Part shown: piece after piece, positions 58,105 to 64,000 of the stretch
Layout: each line of letters begins with the position of its first letter
Position numbering within the stretch: the stretch's first letter is position 1
From: Terriglobia bacterium
GTDB lineage: Bacteria; Acidobacteriota; Terriglobia; JAJPHL01; JAPKYU01
NCBI GenBank assembly: GCA_965223005.1
Contig: CBDCVK010000010.1
Span: 576,001-640,000, forward strand
DNA length: 64,000 bases
Reading direction: 5' to 3'
Translations under genes and position numbers: made by a program
The notes under the pieces: generated by a model
The model's input: only the letters and a program-made list of their open reading frames with translations
Told to the model about the DNA's origin: nothing
The model's database searches: none

Positions 58105-59049
58105 TCAAATGAACAGTTGGCTGACGGAGGTCTCCGCGTGAATGGAATGGATGGCCTTAGCCAGCAGCTCGGCGATGCTTAACACCTTGATCCGGTCGCA
58201 GCCCTGCGCCTCCGGCTGCAGTGGGATCGAGTTGGTGACCACCAGCCGTTCGATCGGCGACCTGCAGATCCGCTCCACCGCACTCCCGGACAGCACCGCG
58301 TGAGTCGCCGAGGCAAAGACGCGGCGGGCGCCGTTGTCCAGCAGCGCCTCGGCCGCCTTTACCAGCGTCCCAGCCGTGTCCACAATGTCGTCCACAATCA
58401 GGGCAGTGCGATCGTGCACGTCGCCGATGACGTGCATCACTTCAGCCACGTTGACTTCCTCGCGGCGCTTGTCCATGATCGCCAGCGGCGCGTTCACCTT
58501 CTTGGCGAAAGAGCGCGAGCGCTCCACGCCACCAGCGTCCGGTGCCACGACGGTCAGATCGGCCAAATCGAGGCTCTGGAAATAACTCACCAGCACTGGC
58601 GAGGCAAACAGGTGATCGACCGGGCAATTGAAGAAGCCCTGGATCTGCGACGCGTGCAGGTCCAGGGTGAGCGTGCGGCTGGCGCCGGCCGTGGTCAGCA
58701 GGTCGGCCACCAGCTTGGCCGAGATTGGTACCCGGGGCTTGTCCTTCCGGTCCTGTCGAGCATACCCGTAGTAGGGGATCACGGCGGTGATGCGCTGGGC
58801 CGAGGCCCGTTTGAGCGCGTCAATCAGCAGCAGCAGCTCTACCAGGTTGGTATCCACCGGCTGGCAGGTGGGCTGCACCACGAAGACATCGGCCCCGCGA
58901 ACGTTCTCCAGGATTTGGACGTAGACCTCCCCGTCGCTGAAGCGAGTCACGGAGGCGTCGGCCACCGGAACCTTCAGGCAAGCGCAAATTTCCTCGGTCA
59001 GCAGCGAGTTGGCGTTGCCGCCTAGGATTTTCAATCGGTCACTGTCCAT
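58105..59049 (-). CDS. prs: Ribose-phosphate pyrophosphokinase
   Basis: 'FSDGE', 'PYYGYARQDRK', 'VDDIVDTAGT'. Confidence 0.97.
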   Translation of the reverse strand: MDSDRLKILGGNANSLLTEEICACLKVPVADASVTRFSDGEVYVQILENVRGADVFVVQPTCQPVDTNLVELLLLIDALKRASAQRITAVIPYYGYARQDRKDKPRVPISAKLVADLLTTAGASRTLTLDLHASQIQGFFNCPVDHLFASPVLVSYFQSLDLADLTVVAPDAGGVERSRSFAKKVNAPLAIMDKRREEVNVAEVMHVIGDVHDRTALIVDDIVDTAGTLVKAAEALLDNGARRVFASATHAVLSGSAVERICRSPIERLVVTNSIPLQPEAQGCDRIKVLSIAELLAKAIHSIHAETSVSQLFI

Positions 59050-60001
59050 ACCCAACCCACTCGCGCGCCAGTTCAAGGCGTGGGACTGTCCGAGTTACCC
59101 AGATCTGCCAGCGGGGCCATCGGCGCCGTAGTCGCGCCGCAGCATGCCGGGCCGCCGTTCCCGAATCGAAAATTCCAAACACGGCCGAACCGCTGCCGGA
59201 AAGCATTGCCGCCGATGCGCCGGCTCGAGTGAGAGCTGTCTTGAGCCGCACCAGTTCTGGGTAGGTGGAAAAAACAACCGGCTCAAAATCGTTCCTGAGT
59301 CGGTCCCATCTCCGACTACAAACGATGGCGCAGAAGTTAAATATACTAAGGTCTGTCGCGGTGCTTGTCAACGCCACGGGGTCGAGTGGTTCCGGATTGC
59401 CTCGGGCCTGATCGAGCTGCCGGTAAGCGTCGGCGCTAGAAACGTGCAGGCCCGGATGGACCACCACAAGGGGTAGAGCCGGAACGTCGGGCAACGGATA
59501 GACCTCAGTTCCCCGACCCAACCCGATGGCCTGGCCGCCCACCAGAAAAAACGGGACATCGGCACCCAGCTCCGCCGCCAAAGCCAGCCCACGTTCCGGC
59601 GCCAACGGCCGGCCCAACAAAACAGGCAGCACTCGCAGCACGGCTGCAGCATCGCTGGAGCCGCCCCCTAACCCGCTGCCCGGCGGAATCTTCTTGTTGA
59701 GCGTCAGCCGGACCGTGCGCCGTTCCCCCAGTTCTTCTAATACGGCTTCCGCTGCCAGAACCGCCAGGTTGGGCAGTCCAATTGCCTCTGCCCCGTCGCC
59801 AGACAGTTCCACTTTGGCCGTTCTGGCTGCCTTCTCCTGCAGGTGCAGTTCATCGTGCAGCGCGATGGTTTGGAAGACCGTACGGAGCTCGTGGTAGCCG
59901 TCGGGACGCCGACCCAACACTTGCAGCCCGAGGTTAATCTTGGCGGGACATTTCACCCGGCGGAAGGCCGCCCGGAGAGGCCGGTTTGACCGCGGACTCA
60001 A
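59039..60001 (-). CDS. ispE: 4-diphosphocytidyl-2-C-methyl-D-erythritol kinase
   Basis: 'PAKINLGL', 'GLGGGSSDAA', 'LGADVPFF', 'MLSGSGS'. Confidence 0.96.
   Translation of the reverse strand: MSPRSNRPLRAAFRRVKCPAKINLGLQVLGRRPDGYHELRTVFQTIALHDELHLQEKAARTAKVELSGDGAEAIGLPNLAVLAAEAVLEELGERRTVRLTLNKKIPPGSGLGGGSSDAAAVLRVLPVLLGRPLAPERGLALAAELGADVPFFLVGGQAIGLGRGTEVYPLPDVPALPLVVVHPGLHVSSADAYRQLDQARGNPEPLDPVALTSTATDLSIFNFCAIVCSRRWDRLRNDFEPVVFSTYPELVRLKTALTRAGASAAMLSGSGSAVFGIFDSGTAARHAAARLRRRWPRWQIWVTRTVPRLELAREWVGYGQ
59343..59371 (-). promoter_or_regulatory. Internal sigma70 promoter in ispE facing prs
   Basis: TTGACA-N17-TAGTAT in an AT-rich patch. Confidence 0.7.
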
Positions 60002-62076
60002 TCTCGCTTCTTGCCGGTTTCCCGGGCCAGGCGCACTTTAGCGCCTTCCAGTTTCTTCTGGATCTTCGCCACTACCTCCGGGTCAGCTTCGCTGGGCAGG
60101 GCGCGCGACCACTGGGCCAGCGCCTTCTGCCAATGAATCAGCGCTTCGCGAATTCGCCCGGTGCTGTAGTACACGTCGCCCAGGTGGTCGTGGATGGTGG
60201 CATCGCGGGAAATCCGCTGGACCGCCCTCAGCAGGTACTGCTCGGCCGCGTCGAACTGGTCCAGTTTGTAAAACACCCAGCCCAGGCTGTCCAGGTAGGC
60301 TCCGTTATTGGGGTCCTGCTCCAGGGCGGCTTGAATGTATCGTTTGGCTTCCTCAAGGCGCACGCCACGGTCGGCCAGCATGTAGCCGAGGTAGTTGAGG
60401 GTCATCGCACTCTGGGGGTTGATGGCCAGGGCTTTCTGGAACTGCTCTTCGGCGCCGTTGTATTTCTTCTGCCGTTCCAGAATGGAGCCCCAGAGGAAGT
60501 GAACGAACTCCTTTTCCTCTTGGCGCGACGAGTACTTTTCCGCTGCGGCGATAGCCTGCTCGGCCTCTCGATAGCGCTTCGCGCGCTCGTTCACCTGAGC
60601 CAGGGTGAGCAGCACCTCGCGGTCCTCCGGTTTGTCCTGGAGCATGGCTCGCAGAATCCGGGAGGCGCGTTCCGCCTCTCCGCTCTCCCCCAGAAGCGAA
60701 ACGTGAGTGAGCTTCAGGCTGCGTTCCTCGGGGAAACGTTGGAGTGCCGCTTCAGCCTCGGCCAGCGCCCGGGGTAGCTCTCTGGCTTGGCGGAGGGTTT
60801 CCACCAGCTGGGTGGCCCCGCGGACTGCGTTTTCCTCGTCGCTTTCCAGCATCTGCCGGAACGCCTCTTCCGCAGCCGTGTAATTTTCCGTGCTGCGGTA
60901 CAGAACACCGAGCCGCTCCAACAAGATGGCCCGGTTGGCTTTCTCGCGTGGACCCTGTTGGCTGGCGTCGGCCTGGTTCGTCTGGTCCAACAACTTCTGC
61001 ATTGCCTGGATGGCCTCGTGCGGCCGACCCTGGGCTTCGTGCAACAATGCCAGGTTGTAAGGAACCTCCACGCTTTCCGGCATCAGTGCCCCGGCCTTCC
61101 TCAGGTTTTCCAATGCCAGATCGTACTTCCGCAGCTGGCGGTAGATTTGCCCCAGCCGCAGGAAGGCGTTCCCGTTGCGGGGTTGGGCGGCCGCCACCGC
61201 CTGATAGGGAACCAGGGCTTCCTCGTACTGTTCGTTGTAGATCAGGTTGCGGCCCAGGGCGCTGAGGAATTGAGTGTTGTCCTTGTCCCGCTCCAAAGCC
61301 TTGCGGTAGGCTTGAATGGCTTTCCCATGCTCGCGCCCCTGTTCGTAGGCCGCCCCGAGGGCTGCTAGGAGCTTGGGGTCCGGATTCCGGCCAGTGGCTT
61401 TTTCCAGCAGTTCCGAAGCAGCATGAAACTGGCTGGCGTCGGTGTAGAGGAAGGCCAGGGTCGTCAGCGCCGCCTCGGATTCCGGCTCCAGTGCGAGCGC
61501 CTCCTTGAGCACCTCCTCGGCCTTGCTAAAGTCGCTGCTCAACCGGTACAGCCTCCCCAGGGTGACCCGGACACCCGGGTCCTTGGGCTGGAGCCGGGCA
61601 ATCGCTTCGAACTGCTCGATGGCCCGGCGCAGCACGTCTCCCCGCTGCGTGCCGCCTGAGGGCTCCCCTAGCACCCGCAGGTAAATGCGGCCCAAGAGGC
61701 GCCGTGCCTCCAGACTACTGGGATCGCGCTGGAGCACCTCTTCGGCTTGCAGCACCGCCTCGCGGATGCGCCCGGTGCGGGCGTACAGGTCGGCCAGCTC
61801 CGCGCTAAGGAAAGCTGAATCCGGGTCGAACTGGATGGCCTGCTTGTATTCTTCGATGGCCCGGGCAAAGTAATCCTGCCGGTTGTGGGCTACTGCCATT
61901 TCCTTGTAGAGGTGAGCCAAAGTGTAGTGGTAATAGGACCGACCGCGGTCCGGAACGGCGGCGGGCAAGCTGCTGGGGTCACCAGGCTGCGCTTCAGGCT
62001 CCTCGGATTGTTGGCCGCACAGCCCCCCGGAACCTAGCAGCAACAGTAAGACTAGCGACAGGGATCTGTTCATCAA
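59998..62076 (-). CDS. Exported tetratricopeptide-repeat protein
   Basis: Signal peptide, serial TPRs, 'LNYLGYMLAD', 'YLDSLGWVFYK', 'DHLGDVY'. Confidence 0.9.
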   Translation of the reverse strand: MMNRSLSLVLLLLLGSGGLCGQQSEEPEAQPGDPSSLPAAVPDRGRSYYHYTLAHLYKEMAVAHNRQDYFARAIEEYKQAIQFDPDSAFLSAELADLYARTGRIREAVLQAEEVLQRDPSSLEARRLLGRIYLRVLGEPSGGTQRGDVLRRAIEQFEAIARLQPKDPGVRVTLGRLYRLSSDFSKAEEVLKEALALEPESEAALTTLAFLYTDASQFHAASELLEKATGRNPDPKLLAALGAAYEQGREHGKAIQAYRKALERDKDNTQFLSALGRNLIYNEQYEEALVPYQAVAAAQPRNGNAFLRLGQIYRQLRKYDLALENLRKAGALMPESVEVPYNLALLHEAQGRPHEAIQAMQKLLDQTNQADASQQGPREKANRAILLERLGVLYRSTENYTAAEEAFRQMLESDEENAVRGATQLVETLRQARELPRALAEAEAALQRFPEERSLKLTHVSLLGESGEAERASRILRAMLQDKPEDREVLLTLAQVNERAKRYREAEQAIAAAEKYSSRQEEKEFVHFLWGSILERQKKYNGAEEQFQKALAINPQSAMTLNYLGYMLADRGVRLEEAKRYIQAALEQDPNNGAYLDSLGWVFYKLDQFDAAEQYLLRAVQRISRDATIHDHLGDVYYSTGRIREALIHWQKALAQWSRALPSEADPEVVAKIQKKLEGAKVRLARETGKKRD

Positions 62077-62210
62077 GCCGCCTGTTCAGAAGACATCTTG
62101 CCCACTTCTGCCCAGTATAGCACCACCTCGAGGCCCGAAAACGGATCAGATAAGGTCACCAGTAAGAACTGTTCTGGCACGTGCCCGTTCGAGTTGACGG
62201 TCTTCCTCCA

Positions 62211-63785
62211 CTAGTGTAGGAAGTGGCGCACGCCAGTGAAGATCATGGCCAGGCCGAGCCGGTCGGCCGCCGTGATCACTTCGCGGTCGCGGATCGAGCC
62301 GCCCGGCTGGATGACAGCTGTGATGCCGACCTTCGCGCCCTCTTCCACGCCGTCGGGGAAGGAAAAGAAGGCGTCGGAGGCCATCACCGTACCGTCGAGA
62401 GAAAGCACGGCTTTGCCCGCGCCCAGCTTCACCGAATCCACTCGGCTCATTTGTCCGGCTCCCACACCCACCAGCTGCCCCTCGCGGGCAAAGACGATGG
62501 CATTGGACTTCACATGCTTGACGATTTTCCAGGCGAACAGCAGCGCGCGGATCTCCTCCTCGCTGGGAGAGCGCTGGGTGACCACCCGCAGTTCCTTCTG
62601 AGCCAGCCGGTGCTGATCCGGAGTCTGCGCCAGCAGGCCGCCGCTGATGTGTCTCCATTGGAGCTGATCGCCAGCCCGCTCGCCGTCGGCCATCTCCACC
62701 AGTCGCAGGTCCTTCTTGGAAGCCAGGCGTTGACGCGCGCCGGCGCTGTAACCAGGGGCGATGATGGCCTCCACGAAGGTCTTGGCGACCTCTTCAGCCG
62801 TCTCGGCCTCCAGTGGACGGTTGAAGCCGAGCACGCTGCCGAAGGCCGACACCGGGTCGGTGGCCAAGGCCCGGCGATAGCTCTCGACTTGGCTGGCTGC
62901 GCTGCCCAGACCGCAAGGATTGGTATGCTTGATAATTGCGGCGGCAATTTCGGAGAATTCACTGACCAGTTCCCAGGTCGCATCCAGGTCCACCAGATTG
63001 TTGTAGGAAAGCGGCTTTCCTTGGAGTTGCTGCGCGCCGGCCAGCCCCACTGCGGACTGGTTTCTTGCCCGGTACAGGGCTGCCTGCTGGTGCGGGTTTT
63101 CGCCGTAGCGCAAGTCGCTGACTTTTTCCAGCGGCAGCCACTGCAACGGCGGGAATGGCGAAGACTCGGCCGTGACAGTAGCCGGAGCTGCGGGGTTGGC
63201 GGTTTTGGCCAGAGTTTGCGCAATGGCGGCGTCGTAGGCGGCGGTCGCGGCGAAAGCCCGCTGCGCCAGCCTCCAGCAAGTCTCCATCGGCAGCTCCCCG
63301 CCCGTCTGCTCCAGTTGCCTCAGCAGCGGCTGATAGTCATCGGGAGAGACCAACACGGCCACGTCGCGGAAGTTCTTGGCGGCCGAACGGATCATGGAGG
63401 GGCCCCCGATGTCGATCTGTTCGATCAGCACCTCAAGCACCTCGTTGCGGGCGTCGGCCTGCTCAAACTGGTACAGATTCACGATGAGCAGGTCAATGGG
63501 GCGAATCCGATGGTGCTCGAGTGAGGCCAGGTGCTCCGCCTGGTCCCGCCGCGCCAACAATCCACCATGGATGGCCGGGTGCAGGGTTTTGACTCGTCCA
63601 TCCAACATTTCCGGAAAGCCGGTAACCTCGGCAACCTCAGTGACCGCCAGGCCGCTTTTCCGCAACAGACGGGCCGTTCCACCGGTGGAAATCAGCTCGA
63701 TTCCCAGTTTCGCCAAGCCGCGGGCAAATTCCACCAGCCCACGCTTGTCGGTCACACTCAACAGAGCGCGTTGAATCTTCGGCAT
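62211..63785 (-). CDS. purH: AICAR transformylase/IMP cyclohydrolase
   Basis: 'ALLSVTDK', 'GRVKTLHP', 'LRYGENPHQ', 'IQPGGSIRD'. Confidence 0.98.
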   Translation of the reverse strand: MPKIQRALLSVTDKRGLVEFARGLAKLGIELISTGGTARLLRKSGLAVTEVAEVTGFPEMLDGRVKTLHPAIHGGLLARRDQAEHLASLEHHRIRPIDLLIVNLYQFEQADARNEVLEVLIEQIDIGGPSMIRSAAKNFRDVAVLVSPDDYQPLLRQLEQTGGELPMETCWRLAQRAFAATAAYDAAIAQTLAKTANPAAPATVTAESSPFPPLQWLPLEKVSDLRYGENPHQQAALYRARNQSAVGLAGAQQLQGKPLSYNNLVDLDATWELVSEFSEIAAAIIKHTNPCGLGSAASQVESYRRALATDPVSAFGSVLGFNRPLEAETAEEVAKTFVEAIIAPGYSAGARQRLASKKDLRLVEMADGERAGDQLQWRHISGGLLAQTPDQHRLAQKELRVVTQRSPSEEEIRALLFAWKIVKHVKSNAIVFAREGQLVGVGAGQMSRVDSVKLGAGKAVLSLDGTVMASDAFFSFPDGVEEGAKVGITAVIQPGGSIRDREVITAADRLGLAMIFTGVRHFLH

Positions 63786-63835
63786 AGATGGGGTCGGGAA
63801 AATAGAGGATGCCGACGCTTTGGATCGTCAGAAAC

Positions 63836-64000
63836 TCAGGATGAGCCTTTTGCTTTTAATCGGACCTGGCCTTTTTCCACCTCCACGACGTATTCCACAG
63901 ACTGACACCCCTGGTCTTTCTTCAACTGCTCGGTCTTCTGCTTGACGAAGCGCTTGAAGTTGTCCAGCGGCAGGGCGTCGCCCGCCTGCCCACACTGTTT
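63836..64000 (-). CDS. 3' end of a hypothetical protein (MXAN_5187 C-terminal-like), partial
   Basis: Hand translation KQCGQAGDALPLDNFKRFVKQKTEQLKKDQGCQSVEYVVEVEKGQVRLKAKGSS*. Confidence 0.6.
   Translation of the reverse strand, partial: KQCGQAGDALPLDNFKRFVKQKTEQLKKDQGCQSVEYVVEVEKGQVRLKAKGSS

Noticed and set aside
1-64000. tRNA, rRNA, CRISPR arrays, prophage, sel genes
   Set aside because: None recognised in this window by inspection.

Overview
GC-rich bacterial chromosomal segment, most likely Acidobacteriota (inferred from the Acidobacterial-type VWA protein, the BamA/Skp style and an MXAN_5187-C-type ORF). Most of it is housekeeping: a hybrid suf/isc Fe-S operon, skp-bamA, pyk, gcvT-H-PA-PB, a sirtuin, amidase/SLT, dNK-folK-ruvBA-polA, lpxC, HU, larB, the TPR-ispE-prs-rplY-pth-rpsF-rpsR-rplI run and purH. 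Main observations: (1) two ORFs at 25051-28014 (-) are joined by one in-frame TGA followed at 11 nt by an fdhF-like SECIS hairpin, predicting a ~987-aa exported FG-GAP/ASPIC-UnbV/thioredoxin selenoprotein; (2) a 2.46-kb IS1595-family element with an 8-bp target duplication carries a stand-alone toxin/immunity-like pair, and its left inverted repeat contains a copy of flanking DNA; (3) a minor-pilin cluster whose pilX-like gene is frameshifted by an exact 128-bp tandem duplication; (4) an (HDR)6 repeat inside IscS; (5) two unannotated microproteins (21-aa Lys-rich, 53-aa with 11 Cys); (6) twin palindromic operators over the suf promoter. Family assignments come from motif recognition by eye, not database searches.
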